Source: Squalus acanthias
Taxonomy: Eukaryota
NCBI GenBank assembly: GCA_030390025.1
Contig: CM059432.1
Coordinates: 130,822,001-130,882,000, forward strand
DNA: 60,000 bases
Direction: 5' to 3'
Positions 23,641 to 35,150 of this stretch are shown here, piece after piece. The notes below the pieces were generated by a model. The model ran no database searches. It had not been told where the DNA came from and saw only the letters and a list, made by a program, of their open reading frames with translations. Made by a program: the position numbers and the translations under genes. Positions within the stretch are counted from its first letter, which is position 1, and each line of letters starts with the position of its first letter.

Positions 23641-24399
23641 AGCCTGCTTCTCTCATTTCCTCTTCATTCTTGCTCCTCTTAATGTAACTGATGTGCTGAG
23701 GTCCGCATTGAAGGATTAACAAAGGAATGAAATGACGGCAAGTTTATTGACCGATAAACTCCAATCGTTTATCAAAGTACAACGTGGTCGATACATATTA
23801 TAAATCATTAAATTCATTCCGGCAACAATAATACTTTAGCAACAGCACAGATATTTTCTTTGGCCTCATTATGAGGGGAAGGTTGCGACAATAATAAAGA
23901 TGCACTGTATAATTGTTGATACTGTGGCAGCATGCTGATTCCATCAGCACTTCTACCGCCACCTTGGTACGAATATATTATTAGCACAATACGTTGTCAT
24001 TCTCAATAAGCCTCCCCAGAGGCTGGTTGAGTGTTCAGAAGTAAGTAAAAATTAAAATTCTACCCAAAAGACAGTGAAGTTGAAAAAACATAAACTAGAA
24101 AAAAAGGCTGAAGGACTATATTTATACATAAAGTAAAGCTGTTTTCTTCATAGGTTATTGATTTTATATGCTTTGTTTTTCAGTCTTCTGTAAAAAAATT
24201 CTTCCCGCTCCCACCAACAAATGCACATTGAGGGAATACGAAGATTTTTTCAAACCAAATGAAAAGGGCCCAAAAAACCTGCGGGGCCGACAACCCGGCA
24301 AAAGTGCCCAAATCTGCCCACCTGTGATCTCCGGTGCTGAGCCACCCCTTCCCCGAATGTTTGCGGGACCAGGAGAAGGTCACTTCACATATTCACAAG

Positions 24400-25060
24400 A
24401 CCACATACCCGTGGTATAACTAAGACCGCCTATTTCCACCTCCGTAACATCGCCCGTCTCCACCTCCGCTGCTGAAACCCTCATTCATGCCTTTGTTACC
24501 TCTAGACTTGACTATTCCAACGCACTCCTGGCTGGCTTCCCACATTCTACCCTACGTAAACTTGAGGTCATCCAAAACTCGGCTGCCCGTGTCCTAACTC
24601 GCACCAAGTTCCATTCGCCCATCATCCCTGTGCTTGCTGACCTACATTGGCTCCCAGTTAAGCAACGCCTCGATTTCAAAATTTTCATCCTTATTTTCAA
24701 ATCTCTCCATGGCCTCGCTCCTCCCTATCTCTGTAATCTCCTCCAGCCCCACAACCCCCTGAGATATCTGCGCTCCTCTAATTCTGCCCTCTTGAGCATC
24801 CCTGATTATAATCGCTCAACTATGCCTTCAGCTGCCTGGGCCCTAAGCCCTGGAATTCCCTCCCTAAACCTCTCCGCCTCTCTCTCCTCCTTTAAGACGC
24901 TCCTTAAAACCTACCTCTTTGACCAAGCTTTTGGTCACCTGCCCTAATTTCTACTTATGTGGCTCAGTGTCAAATTTTTTGTCTTATAATACTCCTGTGA
25001 AGCGCCTTGGGACATTTTACTACGTTAAAGGCGCTATATAAATACAAGTTGTTGTTGTTT
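24400..25060 (+). mobile_element. L2 LINE 3' fragment
   Basis: Peptide LADLHWLPVKQRLDFKIFILIFKSLHGLAPPYL; ends ATAAATACAAGTTGTTGTTG. Confidence 0.92.
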
Positions 25061-25716
25061 ATTTGAATGAAGCAGGTGGGCACCTGCATCACTAGGGGTG
25101 CATCCAGGATGCGCGCTTGCCCCAGGCGGCTGCATATTGTAACAGAGTATGCTGGTTTGGGAGGGTGCTGACCCCTCCCCACACACATAAAATCTGTGCC
25201 CCAATGGCCCCCTAAGAAATATTGAAAACATTTTTCTGCTTGAAACATAGGAACAGAAGTAGGCCATTCACCCTGTTAAGCCTGTTCCGTCATTCAATTA
25301 GATCATGGCTGATCTGTATCACAACTGCATCTACCCGCCTTGGTTCTGTAAACTTTAAGGGGTAGAAATTAGGTCGCGCCCCATTTGGGGCGCAAATATC
25401 GTCCGGACGCAAATATTAGCGCCTGGCGCTAATTATCGGCACTGACAGGAAACTTCACTTTTACCGCCCCGGGAGGTGAGTGGAGCGCTAAAGCAGGCGC
25501 TGCACACCTCTCTTAAGGCGCAAAGGCCAAGGAGTGAGGCGCTAACTCAGCGCACGAGCGCAGCGCAGCTGCTGCCAGTTAGCGAGGGAACACAGACACA
25601 CTGGCGCCGGACACTTCTTAAAGCGGGGGGGGCCACTTGCTCCCCAGCCACACCCTGCTCATTGCAGCCTTGAATCTCAGCCTGGAGAGACCTGTGAATC
25701 CATTTTGCTGCCAAGC

Positions 25717-27593
25717 ATGGAGAGGGTGAGAGAACGCGCTCATCGCTTCACCGAGCGGGCCTTGGATGCTCTGGTTGACGCAGTGGAGCGCAGACGATGC
25801 ATGCTGTTCCCGGAGAGTGGCAGGAGGCCTTTGCCACGCGAGTTCAGAAGAGTGTGGAGGGAGGTGGCTCAGAGCGTCTCCTCCAGGAGCATGGTGCCCA
25901 GGACCCATGTTCAATGCCGCAAAAAGTTCAACGACCTCACTCGGGTCGTCAGGGTGAGTGGCTTTTTCTCAATACCTCTCCATCCCTCCATCTCAACCTC
26001 ACTCTATGGCCAGAGGGTCTTAAAACCCCAATGCACAACACTCATCCAACACCTATGGCCCTTTCATCAAACACACACACACATTCCACACTTTGCATAC
26101 AGTAAGGGCTATTCACCTATGGGAGGCACATCAGGCAAGACCATGGCTGTATATTGTAAGGGCTATTCACCTATGGGAGGCACATCAGGCAAGACCATGG
26201 CTGTATATTGTAAGGGCTATTCACCTATGGGAGGCACATCAGGCAAGACCATGGCTGTATATTTACTCAGATGCTGTCCTTTTTCTTGCAGGCTAAGCTG
26301 GCTCATAATCGGAGACAGCAGCAACGGACGGGTGGAGGGCGGCTTCAGCTGCAACCCCTCAGCGATCTGGAGGAGCGCGTCCACAGGATTGTGGCAAGCC
26401 GGGTGATCGGTCCCGTCGCCACTGGAGACGCCGACCCCGTTGTGGACAGCAATGGTAAGGTCATCACCTTTTTGTCCTCTGTCCTTCCACTTGTCCCTCA
26501 CAATACCAGCCTTTGACACTTTCAATCCAACTTGCTAACTCGCTGCACTTATTCCTCCCTTACTGCCACCCTGTCCTCACGCTAAAGCCACTCTTGTACC
26601 TCCCTGCTTTCAGATGGTGATTCACCAGCTGAGGAGACGGGCCCTGAAGCTGCCACTGGGAGTGATGCTGCAGCTGAGGAGGAAGAGGAAGCTGGAGCAT
26701 CAGTGCCACCCTCTCCCGAGGAAGCCCATGCCCACACTGGGAACACGCCTTCCCCGGAGGGGAGCAGGGGGGAAGGGGCTGATGATGGTGAAGCTCCAGG
26801 ACCCAGCGGGCTGCAGCAACGCCATGGGGGGGTTAGGGAAGAACGGGGGCCTTCTCCCCAGAGGGAGAGTATGCCAGACACTCCTACTGCAATGGACGCA
26901 GAGGAGGAGCGGCTGATTGCAGAAATGAACACCCAGGCGGTGGGCATGCACACTGAGCTCATGGGTGCAGTGGGAAGGGTGCCCGATTGCATTGAGTCAC
27001 TGGCAAGGAGTGTGGAGCACTTCGCTGTAGCACAGGCGGATGCCACACTAACGCTTAGTGCTGCAATTCAGTCACTGGCTGCCGTGATCCCACCTCTGAC
27101 TGCTCTCATACAGACTCAGATGGAGGCCACGCGAGCACAGACTGCTGCCAACCTCGATGGTTCGTGCACATGTCCCCGGGGCTGTCACCGCGCCGCAGCA
27201 GGCCAGCAATCTGTTCTCCGGCAAATTGCTCCGGATGCTGAAGTGCTGCCCCGTGGGAGTGCCAGTGTGTCGGGCGAGCAGGGAGTTGCTGGCCTCTCTC
27301 ACGATGACAGCATTCCTGCTGCCAACACTGTCACTTCTCCACTGCACTTGCCACCGCCTGTAGGACAGACTGCTGCCGCCCATGCAGAGTTGGTGCAGTC
27401 TGCAGCCGGGCCCTCCAGGCCCAGAAGTGGTCGAGGCCGTCCTTCAGGGGCATCTGCAGTGTCAGGGTCTGACGAGCAGCAGCCTTCCACCAGCCTTGCT
27501 GCAGCCACTGAGGTCCCATTACGGAGGAGCAGTAGGGTTAGAAGGGGGGAAGTGCGCAAGGGAAGGAGATCACCCTCGAAGGGCAAAAAGTAG
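25717..27593 (+). CDS. Harbinger Myb/SANT-like (trihelix) DNA-binding protein; exons 25717-25953, 26292-26454, 26614-27593; ~459 aa
   Basis: Exon 1 reads MERVRERAHRFTERALDALVDAV...WREVAQSV...RTHVQCRKKFNDLTRVVR. Splice sites are AGG|GTGAGT, TTTTCTTGCAG|, ATG|GTAAGG and CTGCTTTCAG|. Phases 0 and 1 join in frame to the 26703-27593 ORF (237+163+980=1380 nt). AATAAA lies at 27771. Confidence 0.88.
26102..26263 (+). repeat. 3 x 54-bp perfect tandem repeat in Myb intron 1
   Basis: GTAAGGGCTATTCACCTATGGGAGGCACATCAGGCAAGACCATGGCTGTATATT repeated three times. Confidence 0.95.
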
Positions 27594-27887
27594 GAGGTGT
27601 GCCAAAATGCTGGTCATTTTTTTATTAAAGGCCGAGGTTCATGGTCCAACTTTTGTTTAGTGTTTTGGACATTATCTCCAGGTTGTGAGAACCAGTTATG
27701 TTATTGACTGTTTTTTTGTGTTTATTTCTATGAGTTTGTCATGAGGAATTGACACACACAGAGTTTGTAAAATAAATAAGTTTCTGTATTCAAAATATAC
27801 ATGGCTGGTGGTTGGAATTATTGGTGCCTTGGCCAGCTTAGGGGTTGCGTGCTGGGTTGATTAGTGTTTGTAGCAATGGCAGGGGCC

Positions 27888-29048
27888 CTAGAAGCGGCTT
27901 GCTATTAGTCGTTGACGGACGGCCCTTGCAGTTTGACCATTGTGGGCCGCCCTCCCGCCTTGGTGCTGCTGATGATCATCGTCCTCGTCCTCTTCCTCCT
28001 CTTCCTCCTCCTCCTCTGGTGGTGCTACAAGGCCTGGTGGCATTGGCTGGGTCCTGAGGATTGCCATGTTGTGCAACATGCAGCACACGACTACGAAGTT
28101 CGAAACTTGCTCAGGCGAGTACTGCAGGGCTCCTCCGGAATGGTCCAGACAACGGAACCGTTGTTTCAGCACGCCGATTGTGCGCTCAATAATGTTCCTG
28201 GTTGCTTGATGGCTTTCATTGTACCGCAGCTCAGCAGGGGTGTTTGGCGTACGGAGCGGTGTCATCAGCCAGGTGCTCAATGCGTACCCCTTGTCCCCCA
28301 GAAGCCAACCAACTGGCTGATGCGGTGCCTCGAAAAGTTCTGCCACAGTAGTCTGGCGCAGGATGAAAGCATCGTGGCAGCTGCCCGGATAGTGGGCATT
28401 GACAGCGAGTATCACCTGTCTGTGGTCACAGACCAACTGCACATTCAAGGAATGGAACCCCTTTCTGTTCCTGAATTCCTCTGCATTCTCTCGCGGAGCA
28501 CGCAAAGCCACATGCGTGCAGTCAATGGCGCCCTGCACCATGGGGAAGCCCGCTACCCTCGCAAAGTCCAGAGCGCGGTCACGCTGCTTGTCTGGGGTCA
28601 TAGGGAAAGAGATGAAGTCTCGTCTCCTTCTGAAGAGGGCATTGGTGACCTGCCGGATGCAGCGATGCACCGCAAACTGGGAGATATTGGCGAGGTCCCC
28701 AACAGCAGCTTGGAATGAGCCAGTGGCGTAGAAGTTCAAAGCCACTGTGACCTTCACTGCCACCGACAGAGACGTCCTGGACCTCAGCTGAGGCTGCAGA
28801 TCTGGCTGCAGCAGGTGGCAGAGCTCAGTGACCACCTCCTTGCTGAATCGCAGCCTTCGCAAACACAGCTCCTCGGACATATGGATGTAGGAGAGCTGTT
28901 CACGATATACCCTGGGAGGGTAAGCTCTCCTGTACATGCGCCTGATGGCCCTCCTCCGTCTGGCCATCATTGCCACTCTCTGTCTGCGTCTCGGTATCCT
29001 CCGATTCAGCTGGAGCAGGACGACGCCCCCAATCATTGCAGCCCCCAT
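27888..29048 (-). CDS. PIF/Harbinger DDE transposase (HARBI1-like nuclease family), 386 aa
   Basis: Motifs GAIDCTHV, NRKGFHSLNVQLVCD, PGSCHDAFIL, LLGDKGY, RNIIERTIGVLKQRFRCL and CCMLHN, with no stops or frameshifts. A TATTTAAA lies upstream on the minus strand (~29246-29253). Confidence 0.96.
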   Translation of the reverse strand: MGAAMIGGVVLLQLNRRIPRRRQRVAMMARRRRAIRRMYRRAYPPRVYREQLSYIHMSEELCLRRLRFSKEVVTELCHLLQPDLQPQLRSRTSLSVAVKVTVALNFYATGSFQAAVGDLANISQFAVHRCIRQVTNALFRRRRDFISFPMTPDKQRDRALDFARVAGFPMVQGAIDCTHVALRAPRENAEEFRNRKGFHSLNVQLVCDHRQVILAVNAHYPGSCHDAFILRQTTVAELFEAPHQPVGWLLGDKGYALSTWLMTPLRTPNTPAELRYNESHQATRNIIERTIGVLKQRFRCLDHSGGALQYSPEQVSNFVVVCCMLHNMAILRTQPMPPGLVAPPEEEEEEEEEDEDDDHQQHQGGRAAHNGQTARAVRQRLIASRF

Positions 29049-30693
29049 ATTCTCTTTGCCAGAAAAGTAATGAGGTACAGCAACTAAAGTAGCAACAAAG
29101 TTAGGATGAACTAGGCAAAACTATCTCACAAAGCGTTGAGTCAATGTAGAAGTCTCTCTCTCTCTCTCTCCGAATCTCTCTCTCTCTCTCTCAGAACGAG
29201 TGGTGCATAAATGTCAACCACAGAAAAAGACAGGAAGAGGCCCCCTTTAAATAGCGCCCCCCCCAGCCCCACACCGATTGATAACGTTCCAGTCTTCCGG
29301 TCGTTGGAAGCGCCAGGCGGTAAGGCAGGGGGCGCCACTCAATTTCCGCTCCGGGGCGCCCCAAGGGCGTTGCACCATGGAATGACGTCACAATCTGCGC
29401 GCGCAGGTGGTCGCAGCGGTAAGTTTTAGCGCCGCCGCACAATCTCAAGTTAAGTTCTCGAGCGGCGCAAACAGCGCTGCGCCCGGGCGTTAGCAGCTTA
29501 ACGCCCCATTAGCGCCCTCTTAAGGCGCTAACGGGAGGTGCAACCAAGTGAATTTTTACCCCTTAGTCTTACCTAACAAAAATTTCAGTTTAAAAATTTT
29601 CAATTGACGTAACCTCATCAGCTTTTTGGGGGAGAGAGTTCCAGATTTTCACTACTATTGTGTGAAGAAGTGCTTCCTGACATCACCTCTGAACGGCCTA
29701 GCTCTAATTTTAAGGTTTCTGGGCACCCCACCAGAGGAAATAGTTTCTTTCTATCTACCCTATCAATGGTGATCCAGGCCACAACCCAGGCTTGGACTCA
29801 GGTGGGCCGCCATTCAGCAGCTGATAAGCCCGTTTGCATTCAGTATTGCGGCCTGTTGACGACCCGCCAGCCTGGGAACATCTATCACAGGGAGTCGCTG
29901 CCCTGATGCAGCATAGGGAGACCCGCCTCTGAGACAAGGCATCTGGAAGCTTCAAAACAAATGCTGGAACCAGGTGGATCTGGGTCCTGGTCCATTTCTG
30001 GGGCTGTCTGCTGCACTCCCTATGGGAGTAAGCTGCAAGGTCTGTGCAGTTTCAGAGTCAGTGTGAAACATGGCACGTTCCCCTTTCGTGTCAGAACTCT
30101 GAAAGATAAAAGAATGATTTACTTAATATGGAGCCATACCATTCCGAGTTAATCTTTTGTTAATGCTGCCCTACATCGATAAACGCTATAATTTTATAAC
30201 TTCACGCTACGGGCAAGGCGCACCTATTGGAAATTTGGGCACAATGGTGCATATTTTTCCAACCATTTAAGAATTAAAATAGAGATTACAACATGGAAGC
30301 AGACCGTTCTGCCCAACCAGTCCGTGCTGGTGTGCTTCCTCCACAGGCGCAGAAGTCCTAATCCCAATGCCCGCCTTGTTCCTACATCCCTTTATTCCCC
30401 ATTCTTTCAACCTCCTCGTTAACCTATAACATGCCATGCTTGATTTTAACTCCCGGGCAGGAAACGTGGCAAAGCAAGCGCTGTGCAAGTCCAGTAGTGG
30501 CAGCGGGCAGGCTCGACTGATTTTAGCGGCTAGGCCTCATTCTCATGCGGCTTGCCAACCAAAACGCCCAGGTGGGCGGCGGGAATCAGCTGCCTGGCCT
30601 TTAAAATCGGGCGGCAGGAGGCCGAGGCCTAGGTGGACCCAGGAGAACGATCCCAGGGCAGAAGGTGAGTGGATTGGTGGGGCTCAGCAGAGG

Positions 30694-30980
30694 ACATAAG
30701 AACATAGGAAATAGGAGCAGGAGTAGGCCATACTCCTGGACACTTTGGACCCGACAGGCTCCTGGACCATTTTAAATGCTCACTTCTGTCTTGTGCTTTG
30801 AAGGTATATGTGTTCCCAAATGGAGTGAACAACTTTTACACCATTAATTCACAATTTTGCAACCAATATTAGGCCATACGGCCACTCGAGCCTGCTCCGC
30901 CATTCAATAAGATCATGGCTGATCTTCTACCTCAACTCCACTTTCCCAACCTATCCCCATATCCCTTGATTCCCTTACTT
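30694..30980 (-). mobile_element. CR1 3' tail nested in a GC-rich MITE-like element (~30440-31250) and carrying a 136-bp insert
   Basis: ACATAAGAACATAGGAAATAGGAGCAGGAGTAGGCCATAC...GGCCACTCGAGCCTGCTCCGCCATTCAATAAG. Confidence 0.8.
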
Positions 30981-31326
30981 CCCTGCAGGAATGGCACTCC
31001 TGCTCCTCGTGGCCCACAAGGAACCGAATAAAATTTTAAAACATACCTCACTGGGCCTCTTTGGCCCTGGCTGCTGCTCCTGGCAGGCTTGGCCTGGCAG
31101 GGTAGCCATCACTGCTCGCCCCAGCTCGAGCCGGAGGTGAAAATAGCAGATTGGGCCCTGATGACATCATCAAAGCCCGATCTGCATACTCAGAGAGGAC
31201 CCCCGCTGGCTTGGGGCGGATGTTCTTGTTGCCTACAATTTTAAATTGTAGCTGGCCGGATCGAGACAGGAAAGGCGTGGTTCCATTTTAACTGCTCCCC
31301 GCCTGGTGGAAAGAGATAGAATTGCT

Positions 31327-33629
31327 GGGGGTGAATTTTAACACCCAAAAATGGGTGGGTTGGGGTCGGGTCAGATGTTAAAATTTTATAAACTGAAACC
31401 CAATCCCAACCCGCCTCCAACCCGCCCATTTCTGGGTTTAACGTAGGCTGGACAAAGGGCAGGCAGCCAACCCGCTCCCAGGAGGCGGGTTGGCAATTTA
31501 AATATTTTAATGAGGTTGGCAGCCTCTGATTTAACTTGCTTTGCAGGTTTTACAATGGCCGGCCAGGTTTCCCAGTCCTCGGGAAACCTGGCAGCTGAAG
31601 GGAGGCGGGTTGGCTTCGGGGAGAAGGTAAATGCCTTTACAGCACTGCTTGTGGACCAGGAGTAACAGGAGTGCTTCCCCCAGCCACCAAGCTCCCCCCC
31701 GCCACCATCATATCACCCCTCCATAAAAAGATCCCTGGGGTCGGCAATCGGACCCCCAAAGGATCGGACCCCCTCCGGGATCAGAGATCGGATACCCCCC
31801 CAACCCCGGGATCGGAACCCACCCCCGGGATCGGAACCGCCCCCCCAGGATCGGAACCCCCCCCCAGGATCGGAACCCCCCCGCAGGATCGGACACCCTC
31901 CCCCCCTGCCCTGGGGTAGTGGACCGGACCTACCTGCTCCTGCGACCTGCTCCGGAGTCCTCCCCACCCGACTGGAAGCCAAGCCTGGCGGGGAAGCTGT
32001 AAAGGTCAAACACTAAGGCTGGAATTTTCTGGGGTCCGTGCGGGCGGAATGGAGGCGGGTCAGGTGGGAAATTTGAAAAAAGTGGGAGCGGGTCGGGAAC
32101 CCGTCATCATCCCGCCCCCACGCGTCTTTCCCTCGGGCGCATTTGCCGGTGCATTGTAACCTTGTTTACAGACACTTAAGAGCCTTTCTCCCCCTACATT
32201 TTAAATTTCCTTGCATGGCCACGGGAATCACTGCGCTGGTGCTGGGTGCGCTTTTGTCTGGTGACAGTGCGCCCTCAGAGGCTGGAGGCTCCTCTGAGGA
32301 GTCATCTTCCTCTTGCTCCTGGACAGTGGTGGGGTCTCTTGTTGGACCTGTGGAAGAGTAAAGAGATGAATTAGATAAGTCATATGTAGATTGGGTACAG
32401 AAACCATTATGCACATAATGATCATTCAATTGCTGCTGACATCAGCCCCCATATGAATGTCTGATGTATGCCATGTAGCTGTATGATATGTAATCCTCTC
32501 ACCAGGTTGCTGAGATGTCTCCCTCTCTCTGTCTCCCACCTGCAGCTGCTCGGTGACTCCCGAAACTTCTAAGGCAGCCTCCTCTGCTGTGGTCAGGGTG
32601 GCCATTGATGCCGTTCCACCGCCAGTTCTCTCCCTCTCCCTCTTATTGTGGGCTCTCTTTTCCTGCAAGGAGGGAAAGAAGAGGTTGAGTGAGAGTGATG
32701 GAATGAGTGTAAGGAATGGATGGGTTACATCTGTAGAGGGTGACTATGATGGAGTGGGGGGGGGCAATTCCAAGTGGCCTCCTTGTGTGTTGTTAGTTGG
32801 TATGATTGCACTAGGATGAGGGTGAGTGTGAGGGTTGGCTAGTAAGATGGGGATGTGAAAATGTAGATAGAGAGACAGGGATGGGTGGAGGTGCAAGGTA
32901 TGTTGGTGTGAGTAAGGATGTGCAGGAGTAGGGTTGGGAAGGCAGAGTGATGGGGATGTAATGAGAGGCACAGCAGGATGAAGGTGAGTGTGGATTTGAA
33001 CTCACCTTTCCTGACCGAACAAGATCGTTGAAGCATTTGCGGCACTGCACGCAGGTTCTCCTGACAACATCCCTGCTGTTCACTTCCTCTGCTATTTGGA
33101 GCTATGCTGTCTAGGTCTGCTGGGGAGGTCTCTTCCTCCCATCAGCAGGGAAGAGGACCTCCCTGCGTGTTCTGACTCCCTCCACAAGCATATGGAGGGA
33201 GTCATCGAGAACTTGGGTGCAGCCCTCTGCCGCTGTGCAGTCATCCCTGGTGGTGTGTGCAGCAGTGGAATAGTGAAGTGCACTGCCTGCGCACTCCTAG
33301 ATGAACCTTCAAATGCAATGTGGCCATGGCTCCTTTAAATATCCCGGCTGAAAATGCATCGTCGATGATGTCACCAGACCCGTACCTTTTAATTGGGCCG
33401 GGTAACGCGCAGGGCAGGCTTAATAGGCCCCATTAACGTAAAGTTGTTCTGTGGGGCGGGATAGAGCCAGCAACGGGGTCGTGACCCACCATGGTAGCTG
33501 CCCACACCTGACCCGCCCAGGTAGGGAAAATTCCGGCCTAACTGTTCAAACGCCGCAGCCTGCGGACTTCCGGGTTTCCCATCCAAAACTCCGCGCCTAC
33601 GTAACCTACCCCTGTTAATAGCCAGGCCC
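31327..33629. mobile_element. Non-autonomous element with internal GGATCGGAACCCCC minisatellite (~31740-31900), host of the 32017 insertion
   Basis: Left end GGGGGTGAATTTTAAC and imperfect right end GTTAATAGCCAGGCCC; ~17-bp C-rich repeat units. Confidence 0.6.
32017..33538 (-). mobile_element. Harbinger deletion derivative retaining a decayed spliced Myb/SANT gene
   Basis: TIR GGC(T/C)GGAATTTTC with TSD TAA (32014-32016, 33539-33541). Peptides QRQRAAPKFS, RRTCVQCRKCFNDLVRSGK|GTGAGT and EKRAHNKRERERTGGG follow the same exon layout as the 25717 gene. Confidence 0.88.
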
Positions 33630-34715
33630 ATGGTCTCTGCTTCACACTGACTCCAATAATTCATTTCACAGCCTCACAACCTTTCTGTGTAAAAAAGTTC
33701 GCCCTGCTTTCTGTCCTAAATTTCTTACATTTAATCTTATATCCCTGCCCCCTTGCTCTGGACCCCTCAATCAGGGGGGCAATTTTAAACTAGCCCGCCC
33801 GTCGGGAGACTGACGGGTTCGGGTGCAACGCTCGTTTAAACCCCGCCAGATTTTACTCACCATTGAAGTCAGTGGAGAGTGATATTGGGTGGGGTGTGAA
33901 ACCAGCGCTCCACCTGATTAGGTTAAGTTTAACCCCCAGTCTGTTTCTATCAGGTTGAGCAGCCCACTAGAATTTCCAATATGGGTGGCCCAGCAGCCAC
34001 TAGCAGCTCAAATCTGGAAAATTAACCCTTATGTCTCTCTATTTCAGGTACATTTGTTATTTAAACTACAGAACCCCAACTGTGGACTCAATCTCAGACT
34101 GCAATAAAATAATGGCAAATATTTGTGTAAAAGAATTGCAACCTTCATAGATACAAAAAACAGAGACTGAATTTTGGAAACATTACACAGCATGACTAAA
34201 TGCAAATTTCAGACTAGACCTTAAAAGCAAAATAAGCTAACTATGTCTACATATTTTAAAATTTCAAAAGATGTTTTTTCTTCCCTCTTAAATATCTAAA
34301 CCTCTGCCAAGGTCAATCCTGATCCAGATGGTAGAAGGTGTGTGAAAGTAATTCTAAATAGACTCACCTGCCAACTTTTCCCTCTCGCACCATGTGGGAA
34401 AGTGCTTGGGTTCTGCTAAGCAGCTGTCTCCGATGGCACAACTGATACTGTGAGATCACCATGTGGAGAACTCATTGGCATGAACAAGTGTTGTACCAAG
34501 GTCTACATTATGGAGTGTCGAGGCTAGGATTGCATTCACACTTCAACATGATGTAGATGAGATGTGGATTTGTAGCCAACATGCCCCACATGTCAAGTTC
34601 CTGAACTGGCCTGCACTGTCCAGAGAAGGTACTGGATTCTAGGCACACCCCCACAGAGTGAGGAGAAATTATCGGGGCAATTACCTTGGGCAAGTCTTGA
34701 CATCTTCTCTCGGTG

Positions 34716-35150
34716 TCAGCCGTGGCTCAGGTGGTAACACTCTCACCTCTGAGTCGGAAGGTTGTGGGTTCAAGTCGCCATCCAGAGACTTGAGCACAAA
34801 TATTGGCTGACACTCCAGGGCAGTACTGAGGGTGGTGCCGTCTTTCAGATGAGACGTCTGAGCTCTCAGATGGACATAAAATATTCCATGGCACTATTCC
34901 AAAAAAGAGCAGCGGAGTTCTCTCCAGTAACCTGGCCAATATTTATCCCTCAACCAACAATTAATCAGATAAGGATTATCTGGTCATTATCACATTGCTG
35001 CTTGTGAGAGCTTGCTGTGCGCAAATTGTCAGTCACGTTTCCTACATTACAACAATGACTACACTTCAAAATTACTTCATTGGCTGTAAAGTGCTGTGAG
35101 ACGTCCTGAGGTCGTGAAAGGTGCTATATAAAGGCAAGTCTTTCTTTTGT
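34716..35150 (+). mobile_element. tRNA-derived SINE (DeuSINE/SacSINE1-like) with L2-type tail
   Basis: A-box TGGCTCAGGTGG, B-box-like GGTTCAAGTCG and tail GCTATATAAAGGCAAGTCTTTCTTT. Confidence 0.85.

Larger units (their letters stand above)
25359..29562. mobile_element. Full-length autonomous PIF/Harbinger DNA transposon (~4.2 kb)
   Basis: TIRs GGGGTAGAAATT / AATTTTTACCCC (11 of 12 match), flanks TAA and TTA, two convergent intact genes (Myb/SANT on +, DDE transposase on -), and CpG-rich palindromic subterminal regions. Confidence 0.95.
25245..29770 (-). mobile_element. CR1 3' fragment split by the Harbinger insertion (25245-25358 and 29563-~29770)
   Basis: Tail CATAGGAACAGAAGTAGGCCATTCA precedes the TIR, and CR1-like AGAGAGTTCCAGATT...TGTGTGAAGAAGTGCTTCCTGACATC follows it. 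Confidence 0.75.

Noticed and set aside
26102..26263. CRISPR-like array
   Set aside because: The units are head-to-tail and identical with no spacers, there are no cas genes, and the context is a eukaryotic intron.
25705..26406. 233-aa ORF as the real Myb protein
   Set aside because: It reads through a consensus donor at 25954 into the intron and tandem repeat; the spliced model is better and matches other Myb remnants in the window.
27912..28731. Plus-strand ORFs of 268 and 110 aa
   Set aside because: They are antisense shadows of the GC-rich transposase with no recognisable motifs.
27888..29048. Domesticated host gene HARBI1 (with NAIF1-like partner)
   Set aside because: The ORF lies between TIRs with a convergent Myb gene, interrupts a CR1 tail and has non-autonomous relatives nearby, so it is a transposon rather than the host gene.
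34716..34790. tRNA gene (also 50894-50965)
   Set aside because: The A/B boxes run straight into a SINE body and L2-type tail; I could not fold a full cloverleaf.
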